From: Leptolyngbyaceae cyanobacterium | GTDB taxonomy: Bacteria > Cyanobacteriota > Cyanobacteriia > Phormidesmidales > Phormidesmidaceae | Direction of reading: 5' to 3' | DNA: 64,000 bases | NCBI GenBank assembly: GCA_965263355.1 | Contig: CBDHHL010000056.1 | Coordinates: forward strand, 1,888,001-1,952,000 | Shown: positions 1 through 11,434 of the stretch, piece after piece | Position numbering within the stretch: the stretch's first letter is position 1 | Layout: every line of letters starts with the position of its first letter | Notes under the pieces: model-generated | Told to the model about the DNA's origin: nothing | Databases searched by the model: none | Seen by the model: the letters and a program-made list of their open reading frames with translations, nothing else | Made by a program: the position numbers and the translations under genes

Positions 1-159
1 AGCTAACTTGAGTCCTGGGAGCATAAACTCTGCATAGCGCTCAGGCATATACACCTTAGGAGTTTGACCCAATAGCCTTTGATAAAACACCACTAGGCCC
101 TGTAAATCCTTATGAGCAAGGGTTACATATGCGGTTTGTATGTCGATTGAATGGCTCAT
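1..159 (-). CDS. VOC/glyoxalase-family protein, 5' part (runs off the window start)
   Basis: Manual translation from ATG at 159: MSHSIDIQTAYVTLAHKDLQGLVVFYQRLLGQTPKVYMPERYAEFMLPGLKLA. The FYxxLLG pattern fits the VOC fold. Starts 2 bp after the mnmE stop. Confidence 0.65.
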   Translation of the reverse strand, partial: MSHSIDIQTAYVTLAHKDLQGLVVFYQRLLGQTPKVYMPERYAEFMLPGLKLA

Positions 160-161
160 CG

Positions 162-1652
162 TTATTTGCCAATACAAAATCGACTAAAAATTTCATCTAG
201 CATTGATTCAGTTATTTCTTCACCAGTGACTTCTCCTAACGCACGGATAGCATCCCGGAGATCAATGGTCCAAAAGTCCAGCGGCAGTTCTGCCGCCATG
301 GTCGCCTGCACCTGTTTCAGTGAGCGATGGGCGCGAGTCATTGCGGATGCCTGACGTTGGTTAATGGCCACGTCCGTATTAGCAGCAATCACATTCCCAG
401 TTTGCACTAGGGTTAGTATTGCGTGTTCCAATGCCTCAATACCTTGCCCCTGGGCAGCGGCGGTTTCTACGATGGATATATCAGGGGATAAATCGGCTAG
501 AGGCAACGTTACCGGAGGTCCTAAATCTACTTTGTTCAGGACAATGATGTGGGGCTTATGTTTAATATCACGATATAAAATTGCCTCAGTTTTGGTCCAG
601 CCCACTGTTCCATCTACCGTCAGGATCACTACATCTGCATGTTGTGCTGCCTGCTGGGAACGTTCAATTCCTATTTGTTCCACCTGGTTAGTAGCGTCTC
701 GCATGCCGGCTGTGTCTAGTAATTGGATAGGAATACCCCCGACTATCAGTTGGGATTCGACCACGTCACGGGTGGTGCCAGGCAATGGGGTGACAATGGC
801 GCGATCGCAACGGCTCCAGGCATTCAGTAAACTTGATTTCCCGACGTTAGGCTGCCCCACAATCGCTACCTTCAGACCGTTTCGCAACAGCTCTCCCTGA
901 TGGGCGGTGGATAAAATTTGGGCAACTTCAGCCAGAATCACCTCCAACTGCTGGCGTACATGAGTTTCATCCAGCGGGGGCAAATCATCAGCAAAGTCAA
1001 TCCTGGCCTCTACATCAGCCAGTACATCTAAACAACGACTGCGACAGTGGCGAATGACATGGGTGAGTTTGCCCTGAATCCCAGCAAGGGCGGCTTGAGC
1101 CGCTTGAGGGGACTGTGCCCCAACCAGATCAGCAATGCCTTCAGCCTGGGTTAAATCTAAACGACCATTGAGAAAAGCCCGCAGCGTAAATTCTCCGGGG
1201 GCAGCTAGTCGTGCTCCCTGGGCAATACATAGCTGTAACACCTGTTGCACCGCCATGATGCCACCGTGACAGTGAAACTCCACCACATCTTCACGGGTAT
1301 AGGAACGAGGGAATTTCATTAGTAGCAAGAGGGCTTCATCGACCGTCTGCTGGGTATCAGGATCGATCACGTAACCATAAAGCACACGATGGCTTTCCCA
1401 AGGGCCTGCACTGCGAAACAGCTGCTGAGCAATGGTTATGGCAGTAGAACCTGATAAACGCACAATGCCAACGCTACCCTGTTGCGGCACAATTGCCGTT
1501 GCGATCGCAGCAATTGTTTCCCCCTGTACGATCTTTGGTTCTTGCTCTCCCACACCCCTACTCCCGGTGCCATTAATCTGTAACGATACCCTATGCTGCC
1601 TATTCAGTCGGTAGACCGCGCGGGAATGCTGAAAGTCCTTCCATGTTGTCAT
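162..1652 (-). CDS. mnmE: tRNA modification GTPase MnmE/TrmE
   Basis: [33 protein letters not shown]-loop, GTTRD, DTAG, NKVD, C-terminal FSRFCIGK. The true start is probably about 40 codons downstream of the ORF-track start. Confidence 0.97.
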   Translation of the reverse strand: MTTWKDFQHSRAVYRLNRQHRVSLQINGTGSRGVGEQEPKIVQGETIAAIATAIVPQQGSVGIVRLSGSTAITIAQQLFRSAGPWESHRVLYGYVIDPDTQQTVDEALLLLMKFPRSYTREDVVEFHCHGGIMAVQQVLQLCIAQGARLAAPGEFTLRAFLNGRLDLTQAEGIADLVGAQSPQAAQAALAGIQGKLTHVIRHCRSRCLDVLADVEARIDFADDLPPLDETHVRQQLEVILAEVAQILSTAHQGELLRNGLKVAIVGQPNVGKSSLLNAWSRCDRAIVTPLPGTTRDVVESQLIVGGIPIQLLDTAGMRDATNQVEQIGIERSQQAAQHADVVILTVDGTVGWTKTEAILYRDIKHKPHIIVLNKVDLGPPVTLPLADLSPDISIVETAAAQGQGIEALEHAILTLVQTGNVIAANTDVAINQRQASAMTRAHRSLKQVQATMAAELPLDFWTIDLRDAIRALGEVTGEEITESMLDEIFSRFCIGK

Positions 1653-1715
1653 AATGGAGACTAGTAGCCTAAACGGCCTTACTCCATTACTGTTCTAACT
1701 ATAAGGAATTCAGCC

Positions 1716-2270
1716 GTGGCAGATTCAACCGGTCAGTTTGACTACAATCAATCCGACACTCAAGGATCTGACAAAAGGCTATCTGATCAAAGATCACATT
1801 TGTCCACACGTCCTAAACGCGGAAAGATTCGTCGTCTGCTGCGATATATTTATATCCGCTTTATTCGCCTTCGCAGTCATCCTCAAGCCATTGCTAGAGG
1901 ATTAGCAGCTGGAGTGTTTGCAGGCAGCTATCCTCTGTTTGGATTACAGACAATCATTGGGGTTGCGATCGCAGCTGCCATCCGAGGCAACAAAATTGTG
2001 GCAGCTGCAGGAACCTGGATTAGTAATCCATTTACCTACGTTCCTATCTACGCGTTCAACTATCAAATTGGACACTGGCTTCTTAGACAGTCTACAGAAA
2101 CAAGCCTCACTAACCGCTCTCCCCAAGAATGGATGAATCTTGGCTTGGACATCACCTTAGCCTTACTCGTGGGCAGCACCATTGTTGGGTTTGTCTTAGC
2201 AATTATTAGCTACTATGTCGGTCTATATTTGTCCCACAGCCTAAAATCCAGGTCGAATAAAGAGCATTAA
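1716..2270 (+). CDS. DUF2062-family membrane protein
   Basis: PQAIARGLAAGVFAG and GTWISNPFTYVPIY motifs plus hydrophobic segments. Confidence 0.8.
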   Translation: MADSTGQFDYNQSDTQGSDKRLSDQRSHLSTRPKRGKIRRLLRYIYIRFIRLRSHPQAIARGLAAGVFAGSYPLFGLQTIIGVAIAAAIRGNKIVAAAGTWISNPFTYVPIYAFNYQIGHWLLRQSTETSLTNRSPQEWMNLGLDITLALLVGSTIVGFVLAIISYYVGLYLSHSLKSRSNKEH

Positions 2271-2580
2271 GTCACCAGACACTAGAACTAGACCGTTAAT
2301 CTCATTAAAATCGGTATAGGTTCAGATAGGTCATAAAGAAGAGTAGATATACAATGCTGATGCACGTTATGATGAACATAGTTACATTGGCAAAAGTTGA
2401 GTAAATGTAACAACTAATTCGACATTACTTTTGACAACTTTAGACAATATGAATTACGGTTCGTTTATCAGTACTGGTTCATATTCAGACTCAAAGGTAT
2501 TTTCGAAAACCTTGACTTATAGCTCATTCAGATCGCTTGTCACCCTTGGCAGCCTTTAAAGATTTTTTTTTCGCAGTGAA

Positions 2581-2934
2581 ATGTTCCCCAACACCGCTTG
2601 CCACACCATCAAGTACCGTATTAGCTGCCAACATAGCTCACCAAAATCTACCCGTTTAACGTTACGAGAAACGGCTCCCCGCAACCAAAATCGGCTGAAA
2701 CCTTACCTATATGCTGCCAACTACACCGTTAGGAGCGTTGATGAGGCCTATCAGCTGTTGAGAGAATACCTCTACACAAATGGTGTAACCGCTGTCGAAG
2801 AATTAAACTTCCCTAATCGAGGAAAAATTGAAGTTGTTCCCATGGCTGCATGGTGTGGATTTCAAGCTAACATCAAGGACGATCTTGAGACAGTTGATAA
2901 AGATAGGGCTAGAAACAAACGTCTAGCTAGCTAA
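2581..2934 (+). CDS. hypothetical protein
   Basis: 117-aa ATG ORF filling the gap and convergent with ssb. No motif recognised. Confidence 0.5.
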   Translation: MFPNTACHTIKYRISCQHSSPKSTRLTLRETAPRNQNRLKPYLYAANYTVRSVDEAYQLLREYLYTNGVTAVEELNFPNRGKIEVVPMAAWCGFQANIKDDLETVDKDRARNKRLAS

Positions 2935-2944
2935 AAAGTTCATA

Positions 2945-3310
2945 CTAAAACTGCTCATCATCATAGTTTCCCTGCATAGGTGCAGCATTATCCCGTTTCG
3001 AACCCAGGAGATCAAGCCGCTCTACCCTAATGACAGGGCTAGAGCGCTGTGCGCCAGTAGCTCGATCTTGCCAGCTATCAAGTTTTAGCGCCCCAACTAT
3101 ACCTACTAGGCTACCCTTTCTGACATAGTTGGCAGCCACTTCAGCATTCCGTCCCCACAGCTCTAAATTAAACCAATCAGGCTGATCACTATTGCGGGTA
3201 CGTCGATTGACCGCAATGGTAAACTTGCACAGCACATTACCCGACTCAAAATAACGTACTTCAGGATCGCGTCCTGCCCGACCTACAAGATTGACAACAT
3301 TCAAACTCAT
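2945..3310 (-). CDS. ssb: single-stranded DNA-binding protein
   Basis: LNVVNLVGRAGRDPEVRY and YVRKGSLVGI OB-fold motifs, acidic tail ending YDDEQF. Confidence 0.95.
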   Translation of the reverse strand: MSLNVVNLVGRAGRDPEVRYFESGNVLCKFTIAVNRRTRNSDQPDWFNLELWGRNAEVAANYVRKGSLVGIVGALKLDSWQDRATGAQRSSPVIRVERLDLLGSKRDNAAPMQGNYDDEQF

Positions 3311-3617
3311 CGTGTGCCCACCAGCAACTGTGCTATAGAACTACTTTATATACGAGATAGGCACTGCCATCTAGAATTATTTTTAACTCTTGTCTCCTTA
3401 AAATAGGGAGCCTCACCCTACACTCTGCTCTGCCCATTCAATTTTAGACCGTGTAACCATGTAACCTTGGAGTAGGTTAAGTATCGCAGATCCATACCCA
3501 AGCAATGCTTTCTCAAAATACTTGGGAAACAAATCTAAATTAGGGTACAGTCATCTGGTTCAAAACTACGGACTAGACGGGTAGATATAAAACGTAATAG
3601 AATCCACACCTGCCTAG

Positions 3618-4706
<1,089 letters not shown>

Positions 4707-4743
4707 AGGTCTATAGGCAGTTTAAGACTACTGTTTGCAAATT

Positions 4744-5535
4744 ATGTTTGCACTAAGACGTTGGTGGGATAAATACGCGACAAGGGTAGGTGTAGCTACC
4801 CTTATAATCGGCCTAGCCTGGGCAATGCGCCAGAGTCAGGGGGCTATAATCTATGAAATCTACCAGGTGTTGACTGCGCCATTGCAGCCGGGCTTGACCC
4901 AAGCGGAACGTTTGGAAAATGCGTATATTTTAGAACTCCAGCAGCGGGTCATTGAATTAGAGAATCAAAATCAAGGCCTGCGGGAAAATATCGACTATGC
5001 CGACAACCAAGGTAAAGTAACGATTGCCGCTGTTATTGGTCGTAGTGCCGATAATTGGTGGCAACAAATTACCGTTAACAAAGGCCGTTTGAACGGTGTT
5101 ACCGAGGGTGACATGGCTACGGGGCCAGGTGGTTTGGTGGGTCGTGTCGTTGGCGTTTCGCCTAATACGAGTAAGATTTTGCTGGTAACTGACCCGACCA
5201 GTCAAATGGGTGTCAAGGTCAGCCGTAGTCGTGCGTTAGGTGTGGTACGTGGCAACGTCGATGGGCGAGTTGTTATGCAGTTTTTTGAAACCACACCTGA
5301 TGTAAAACCTGGCGATGTCATTGTTACATCTTCCTACAGTCGGTTATTTCCCCAGGGCGTTCCTGTGGGCCGTATTGAGAGCATGGACTTGAAAAAGAGT
5401 CCAGCACCTGAGGCGGTGATTAAGCTTTCATCTCCCCTCAATATTCTTGAGTGGGTGACTATTCACCCTTTTAAAGCTAAAACCGATGTTAACGCTCCTC
5501 CAGCTGAGATCATACACAACAATTCAACACCATAG
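4744..5535 (+). CDS. mreC: rod shape-determining protein MreC
   Basis: N-terminal TM, coiled coil, GLVGRV, GDVIVTS, FPQGVPVG. Follows mreB. Confidence 0.95.
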   Translation: MFALRRWWDKYATRVGVATLIIGLAWAMRQSQGAIIYEIYQVLTAPLQPGLTQAERLENAYILELQQRVIELENQNQGLRENIDYADNQGKVTIAAVIGRSADNWWQQITVNKGRLNGVTEGDMATGPGGLVGRVVGVSPNTSKILLVTDPTSQMGVKVSRSRALGVVRGNVDGRVVMQFFETTPDVKPGDVIVTSSYSRLFPQGVPVGRIESMDLKKSPAPEAVIKLSSPLNILEWVTIHPFKAKTDVNAPPAEIIHNNSTP

Positions 5536-5568
5536 CTTCAACATCTGACGCCTCCTGCCCAATTAACT

Positions 5569-6123
5569 ATGAACGCACCTAAAGGCAAGGAAACGTTATC
5601 TGATTTCCAAAAAAAGTGTCTCAATATTGCCATTGTGGCAGGCTCTGGGTTAATGTGCCTATTGCTCTCACCAATGCGGTTCCCTGGGATTGAACTTTTA
5701 GGTGTTACTCCCAATTGGTTACTCATATGGGTGGTTATTTGGAGTATTCACCATCCTATTGTCGATGGGGCGATCGCAGGTATTGTGCTGGGTTTACTGC
5801 AGGATAGTCTTACAGGTCCATTTCCTACCCATGCCCTCAGTTTGCTGGTAGTGGGGCTGCTGACCGCTCGTCTCCAGCGTCAGCGGATTATCCAGGAAAA
5901 TGTAGTCCTGGTGGCGTTTATTGTCTTTGGTATGGCTGTGGTTAGCGCTACGGTGATTGCCCTGCAAATGAGCTTTCAGCACTTACTTTGGACTGATTCG
6001 CCTTACCTCAGTCTCTGGCAAATCTGGCGCACTCATCAACGAGTTGCCCTTAGCTCTGCGATCCTTAGTAGTTTATGGACACCGGCCCTTTATTACCCCT
6101 TGCACCGGTGGTGGAAAGGATAA
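5569..6123 (+). CDS. mreD: rod shape-determining protein MreD
   Basis: Hydrophobic, PNWLLIWVV and GLLQDSL motifs, third gene of mreBCD. Confidence 0.92.
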   Translation: MNAPKGKETLSDFQKKCLNIAIVAGSGLMCLLLSPMRFPGIELLGVTPNWLLIWVVIWSIHHPIVDGAIAGIVLGLLQDSLTGPFPTHALSLLVVGLLTARLQRQRIIQENVVLVAFIVFGMAVVSATVIALQMSFQHLLWTDSPYLSLWQIWRTHQRVALSSAILSSLWTPALYYPLHRWWKG

Positions 6124-6127
6124 TTGT

Positions 6128-6910
6128 TTAGGCTGCCTGTAAAACTTGAGTTATATGTCTGCTTTGAATAGCCTGTAACAACGTTGCTTCAATCGTGGTT
6201 GGCTGATAACGCTTTAGAAAAGCATGGCTGCGAATACCGCTAGTAATTGCAACAGTAGTGATCCCAGCGCGCTGGCCGGCAATGATGTCCGCCTCGGTAT
6301 CACCAATCATACAGGTAGGAAAAGGGTGATAACCTTGTGTTTTCTGAGCTGCGATCGCAGACTCTAATAACGCAACTTTTTGTTCTGTCCGATTAAGATG
6401 GGCCGCATTAATATCGGATGCACCAAAGATTTCGTCAATATACTGACTGAGATCATGGGCCTGTAAAAATGCCTGTACCTGCCGTGGGTGCCTTAAAGTC
6501 ACTAACACCAAACGAATCCCCATGTGCTTAAGCTGATGTATTGCCCTGTCGGCACCAGGCTGTAGGGTATCCCATTGCAGCAGATGGGGATGATTCACAA
6601 TTCGCTGCACCTGCTGTAGAAAGGTCTCCACCAAGTTTGTCGGAATCCCAGACCGAATCGCGATATCCGTATCGACAACGCGATTCCGTTTCATCCACCA
6701 AAACTGATTTTTCGAAAGAATTTGTAGTGGTAACGCCTTGCCAGCGGTCTCTTGATGGCTAGCTAGGAGTGTCGAAATACCCAACCTGTAGGTTCGATAG
6801 TAACGTTCTGAAACATCTACAATCGGACCATCAAAATCACAGAACAATACCTGCCCAGAAGGCGATTGAAACGAGGACATTGGATTAATACTGTGCAGCA
6901 TAAAAGGCAT
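6128..6910 (-). CDS. HAD-superfamily hydrolase
   Basis: DFDGP motif I, IGDTEADI motif IV. Confidence 0.88.
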   Translation of the reverse strand: MPFMLHSINPMSSFQSPSGQVLFCDFDGPIVDVSERYYRTYRLGISTLLASHQETAGKALPLQILSKNQFWWMKRNRVVDTDIAIRSGIPTNLVETFLQQVQRIVNHPHLLQWDTLQPGADRAIHQLKHMGIRLVLVTLRHPRQVQAFLQAHDLSQYIDEIFGASDINAAHLNRTEQKVALLESAIAAQKTQGYHPFPTCMIGDTEADIIAGQRAGITTVAITSGIRSHAFLKRYQPTTIEATLLQAIQSRHITQVLQAA

Positions 6911-7140
6911 TGGTTATACTCCAGCATCATCTCTATGGAAGATTGCTAGCCCACTTAATGTTTCTTCACCTTATCAAGGGAAACCGGAACCTACGCAATC
7001 CTATTAAAGGCAAATAAAGTGTCACCTTTGGTGTACCGCTTATGCAGTGACCATTTCAGCTAGAGAATAACGCCTGCTTGGAGTCACCCTTACATAAATC
7101 GGTAAACAAATGCTCATACTAGTCTAATGACAAAATCAGA

Positions 7141-7590
7141 CTACCTGGCATGCCGTTCTAATACCAGTGTCACTGGACCATCATTGTCAATAGTGACCTG
7201 CATATGGCTACCAAATTGCCCCGTCTCTATCTTTAACCCACTCTGCTGCAGTTTAGCTACAAACTGTTCATACAGTTTAACGGCCTGCTTGGGTAGGGCT
7301 GCCTGGTCAAAGGAAGGACGACGGCCTTTTCGACAGTCACCGTAAAGGGTGAACTGACTAATCACTAGCAACTCACCTTGAATATCTTGAATCGATAAAT
7401 CAAACCGATTTGAATCTATCCCAGGAAAAAGCCTTAAGGTCAGGCATTTCTGCACCATCCAATCAAGCTCTTTTTCCGTGTCAGTTGCAGCGATCCCCAC
7501 TAGCAAGTTTAGACCTCGACCTATGGAGCCGACCACGTCACCATCCACAATAACTTGGGATGCTGTAACCCGTTGAATGACAACGCGCAC
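7141..7590 (-). CDS. dtd: D-aminoacyl-tRNA deacylase
   Basis: MRVVIQRV, SQFTL, KGRRPSF, NDGPVT. The GTG start overlaps the upstream TAG stop. Confidence 0.97.
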   Translation of the reverse strand: MRVVIQRVTASQVIVDGDVVGSIGRGLNLLVGIAATDTEKELDWMVQKCLTLRLFPGIDSNRFDLSIQDIQGELLVISQFTLYGDCRKGRRPSFDQAALPKQAVKLYEQFVAKLQQSGLKIETGQFGSHMQVTIDNDGPVTLVLERHAR

Positions 7591-8753
7591 TAGCTGCCAA
7601 AGCCCTTACCAAGACTTTTGGAGTCCAGGCAAAAGCATGCCTCAATTTCAGCTTTGAGTGCATCGTGATCAAGATCTTGACCAATTAGAACCAGCTGGGT
7701 CTTATGAGGGCGACCATTCCACTCTTCGTCCTCCAGAGAAAATCGCTTACCGCTGAGATGAAAAATATGACGTTTTTCACTCTCGTCAAACCATAGGATT
7801 CCCTTAGCGCGAAAAACATTCGCCGGTAGCTTGTTATCCAAGAAACGTTGAAACTTTCGAATCGCCAGAGGTTGATCACGAACAATAGAAAGCGATGTAA
7901 ACCCATCTACATCTAGGTGGGAGTGGTCATGGTCATGGTCGTGGTCATGCTCGCAATGGCTATGATCATGATCGTGTTTGGCATGAGCATGGTGATCATG
8001 ATCCGTATGGCCATGGTCGTGCCCATGCTCATGGTCACCATTAGAATGGTCGTGGCGCTCGTGAGGCGATTTCCCAGCAGGGTCAAAATACTTATCAGAC
8101 TCAAATAGACCTACGCTCAAAATCAGTGGTAACGGTACCTGTGACTGAGTTGTACGTAAAATGCGCGCGCCTTCTTTAACATCGCGTACTTTGAGTTCTA
8201 ATGCATCTAAATCAGCCTCGTTTACCAGATCCACCTTATTAAGTAAGATAATATCGCCGTAGGCAATTTGGTTATAGGCTGCTTGGCTACTAAATAAGTC
8301 AACACTGTAGTTTTCTGCATCTACCAACGTAACAATGGAGTCTAACCGTGTTAGATCCCGCAGCTCAGATCCTAAAAACGTAAGCGCTACCGGTAGGGGA
8401 TCTGCCAATCCCGTAGTCTCTACCACTAGATAGTCAATTTTCTCTTTGCGCTCGAGTACCTTATAAACTGCCTCTAGTAGATCATTATTAATGGTGCAGC
8501 AAATACAGCCATTGCTCAATTCCACTATGGTGTCGCCAGCTTTGTCACTAGTGGTAATAAGCAAGTCGTTATCAATACCAACTTCACCAAACTCATTTAC
8601 TAGCACTGCTGTTCTTAAACCATCTTGATTTGTCAAGATATGGTTAAGCAGGGTGGTTTTGCCGCTCCCCAAAAATCCAGTAATGATGGTTACGGGTAAG
8701 CCATGCTTAGAATCGTCCATCCGCTTGGATGGTGCTGATATTGCAGCAGTCAT
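7590..8753 (-). CDS. COG0523/CobW-family metallochaperone GTPase with His-rich insert
   Basis: [31 protein letters not shown], long H/D-rich stretch, RAKG C-terminal domain. Confidence 0.95.
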   Translation of the reverse strand: MTAAISAPSKRMDDSKHGLPVTIITGFLGSGKTTLLNHILTNQDGLRTAVLVNEFGEVGIDNDLLITTSDKAGDTIVELSNGCICCTINNDLLEAVYKVLERKEKIDYLVVETTGLADPLPVALTFLGSELRDLTRLDSIVTLVDAENYSVDLFSSQAAYNQIAYGDIILLNKVDLVNEADLDALELKVRDVKEGARILRTTQSQVPLPLILSVGLFESDKYFDPAGKSPHERHDHSNGDHEHGHDHGHTDHDHHAHAKHDHDHSHCEHDHDHDHDHSHLDVDGFTSLSIVRDQPLAIRKFQRFLDNKLPANVFRAKGILWFDESEKRHIFHLSGKRFSLEDEEWNGRPHKTQLVLIGQDLDHDALKAEIEACFCLDSKSLGKGFGS

Positions 8754-8855
8754 AGGAGATTAATGGTGGGGTTGATTGAAAGTATTGCAAAATTTATTAT
8801 CTCGTATTTATCAGAAAATGAGGGGTCGGCTTCACCGAAGTAAAGACTCGACACG

Positions 8856-9299
8856 CTATCCCCGATTCTTTATCGTCATAACTTCAACGATAGTCAGGGC
8901 TTGATCACTGGGAATGTCGAGAATACGGTAAAGATCATCCAGAAATGCCTGCTCCTGGGGGGTAACACTGCCATCGGCCAAGACTAAATCTGTGGCCAGG
9001 GCAAAGGCCGTTGGTTTGAGTTCCACCGGCAGGACTACATTAGCGGCTTCAACCAAACGACTAGGACCATGCTGCTGTAGTTGCTGCAACAAACTATCCT
9101 TCATTCGGTTGACCATTTCCGTAGAATAGCTTTTGAAAAGGCGCATACGGCTCAATAACATGTCCATTTCGCGCCCCTCTTGATCGGAGAGATAGCCATC
9201 GGCTGCGATCGCAACCAAACAAATCGCTGCCAGTGCTTCTGCTGGACTCAGGGGCAGCGACTCTGGAGACGGGTCAAAAACCTTATCAAATAGCCCCAT
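8856..9299 (-). CDS. TerB-family protein
   Basis: IAADGYLSDQE and LADGSVTPQEQAFL repeated metal-binding motifs. Confidence 0.85.
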   Translation of the reverse strand: MGLFDKVFDPSPESLPLSPAEALAAICLVAIAADGYLSDQEGREMDMLLSRMRLFKSYSTEMVNRMKDSLLQQLQQHGPSRLVEAANVVLPVELKPTAFALATDLVLADGSVTPQEQAFLDDLYRILDIPSDQALTIVEVMTIKNRG

Positions 9300-9461
9300 A
9301 ACATCCTCACAAATAAAACCTGGCCTGACATAATCAGACCAAACCTATTGTGAAACATGATGGAAATAAAAGGAGAAGCTAAGATAGCCTCTCCTTAACT
9401 TACTCTAGCCATGAATGACATTTAGCCATGCTTCGGAAACTTGAGCGTAAACCAATCGCCC

Positions 9462-9884
9462 TTAAGCCATCTGACGCATCTCATCTTCCAACTGCTGCAG
9501 TAAATTTACATTGCCTTGCTCACGGGCTACCGCAATACGATGTTCTAAAGAGCGTTGAATGCTCTCACTATGACTGCGGGCTGCTTCTTGCAATAATTGG
9601 CGACGTTCATCCATCAAAGGTGTGAGTTCTGCCAGCTTACGCTGAAATGCTGAAAAGACTGACTTGCTCTCAGCTTGAGCAACAGTCTGACATTGGCCAT
9701 GGCGATTAGTTTGATAAGCTGCACCACGATAAATTAACTGAGCTTGAGCCTGGGGAAAAGGTACATGGCGCACATACGTGTAACGATGCTGACGGCCACG
9801 ATACTTGCAAAGGACATCGCTTTCAGCAACCTCTAACATAGGCGGATTATGGTCGTATTCGACACCACGATAAGTAAGCTTCAT
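9462..9884 (-). CDS. DUF4278-domain protein with PirA-like C-terminal segment
   Basis: Start reassigned to ATG 9884 (MKLTYRGVEY) with AGGAG upstream. Repeated YRG motifs. C-terminus SIQRSLEHRIAVAREQGNVNLLQQLEDE recalls PirA. Confidence 0.8.
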   Translation of the reverse strand: MKLTYRGVEYDHNPPMLEVAESDVLCKYRGRQHRYTYVRHVPFPQAQAQLIYRGAAYQTNRHGQCQTVAQAESKSVFSAFQRKLAELTPLMDERRQLLQEAARSHSESIQRSLEHRIAVAREQGNVNLLQQLEDEMRQMA

Positions 9885-9920
9885 AAGTGTGTCTTCTCCT
9901 GAATGAGCACTGGTGTTAGT

Positions 9921-10024
9921 GCGTTCCTTCGGGCAGACCAATACATCCTATGGGACAATAGCAGTATGAGCTACCCTACTTCCGTCTCATCGTCGAACGG
10001 GTGACGAGTTTGTGGAGATGAACG
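9921..10024 (-). promoter_or_regulatory. glutamine riboswitch (glnA RNA motif)
   Basis: Minus strand reads CGTTCATCTC...GAGACGGAAGTAGGG...CCCGAAGGAACGC: P1 CGTTC/GAACG plus the CGGAAGTA and GAAG junction/E-loop strands. Ends about 37 nt before the ATG. Confidence 0.9.
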
Positions 10025-10035
10025 AGAGTTTTTCT

Positions 10036-10049
10036 GTATCTATTTTTAC
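10036..10049. promoter_or_regulatory. putative NtcA binding site (GTA-N8-TAC)
   Basis: GTATCTATTTTTAC immediately upstream of the riboswitch, in the presumed -10/TSS region (repressor-type position). Confidence 0.55.
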
Positions 10050-10354
10050 CGTTTAAGACTTAAGTCTGCAACTCCTGATATTTCTATCTAGAAAGTCTCA
10101 ACAGTATATTTATCAGGTGATTCTAGAATATAGAAAATTTCTATGACTCAATGTTGTGTCAAAACTTCATGACGTTTAGAGCTACTACTCAGAGATTGGG
10201 GGACAGCATATGAGCACGCCTAAAGTTTCTAAACGCTTTCCCCAAAGAAGCTAAATCAGTAAACTTTGACCAGCAATATTCTCGTCAATGGTCTATGCTG
10301 AGAGAAAATATGTTAGCAAAAATTTACATTTGATTTACTGTTTTTGGTAAGGCT

Positions 10355-11245
10355 ATGAAATGTACCATTAACCGTCGGGCGCAGTTTTCCGCTAGCCATC
10401 GATACTGGTTGCCCGAGCTGAGTGATACTGAAAATCAGAATAGGTTTGGTCTATGCACTCGCGCTCCGGGGCATGGTCACAACTATGAGCTATTCGTCTC
10501 GATGGCAGGAGAATTAGACGAGTATGGCATGGTGCTTAACCTGTCTGATGTCAAAAAAGTCATCAAGCGTGAGGTGACTGGCCAGCTGGATTTTTCTTAC
10601 TTGAATGATGTTTGGCCCGAGTTTCAAATTGATTACCCCGAGGCAGGACTACCAACGACCGAGAATATTGCTCGCGTTATCTGGCAGCGTTTGGCATCCC
10701 ACTTACCCATTACCAACATTCAACTATTTGAAACCTCCTCACTCTGGGCCGATTACAAAGGAAACGCCATGGAAGCTTATTTGACCATCTCCACCCATTT
10801 TAGTGCTGCCCATCGTTTGGCACTACCTACATTGACGCTAGAGCAAAACAGCGAAATCTATGGTCTCTGCGCTCGCGTTAATGGCCATGGCCATAACTAT
10901 CACCTGGAAGTGACCATCAAAGGTGAGATTGACCCACGAACGGGAATGATTGCTGACCTAGTAGAATTTCAGAATGCAGTGAAAACCCATGTGGTAACCC
11001 CCTTTGACCATACATTTCTGAATAAGGATATTCCCTATTTTTCTGAAGTGGTCCCCACTGCAGAAAATATCGCAGTATACATTCGCGACCTGCTACGGGA
11101 ACCGATCAGAGAAATTGGTGCAACCCTTCATAGGGTTAAACTGATTGAAAGTCCTAACAATTCAGCAGAAGTCTATTGCGAAGAAGCATCTGAAACGGTA
11201 CCAGCGACTACGGAGACAAGTTCTGAACTAGCAGCTATTGTTTGA
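10355..11245 (+). CDS. dual-domain 6-pyruvoyl-tetrahydropterin synthase (T-fold)
   Basis: Two repeats of FSA(S/A)HR ... C-X5-HGHNY ... PT(T/A)ENIA. Confidence 0.9.
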   Translation: MKCTINRRAQFSASHRYWLPELSDTENQNRFGLCTRAPGHGHNYELFVSMAGELDEYGMVLNLSDVKKVIKREVTGQLDFSYLNDVWPEFQIDYPEAGLPTTENIARVIWQRLASHLPITNIQLFETSSLWADYKGNAMEAYLTISTHFSAAHRLALPTLTLEQNSEIYGLCARVNGHGHNYHLEVTIKGEIDPRTGMIADLVEFQNAVKTHVVTPFDHTFLNKDIPYFSEVVPTAENIAVYIRDLLREPIREIGATLHRVKLIESPNNSAEVYCEEASETVPATTETSSELAAIV

Positions 11246-11434
11246 GCTTAAATAGCAGCTGCCAGTCACTTTCTTCTCTGACGAGGATGAGTTTTAGGGA
11301 TAGGGTTACTACTAACACTAGAGGCTCTAAACTTTTTTCCAGTCCTCCGAACCAACCTTCTCAAACGAGAATTGTCATAAATTTTTCGCTTTATGAGCTT
11401 TCCTAAAACAAATCGTAAAGATAAGATTTTTTTC

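Noticed and set aside
151..1614. Plus-strand ORFs overlapping mnmE, and similar shadow ORFs over mreB, dnaJ, dnaK, pilB, pilC, thiE and others
   Set aside because: They are antisense or alternate-frame shadows of well-supported genes and have no motifs.
7913..8108. Met/Thr/Ile-rich short ORFs on both strands
   Set aside because: They are by-products of the CAT/GAC/CAC repeats encoding the His/Asp tract of the COG0523 gene.
8780..8815. Possible Zur box upstream of the COG0523 gene
   Set aside because: Only partial GATAA(T) half-sites are present, with no convincing TGATAATNATTATCA palindrome.
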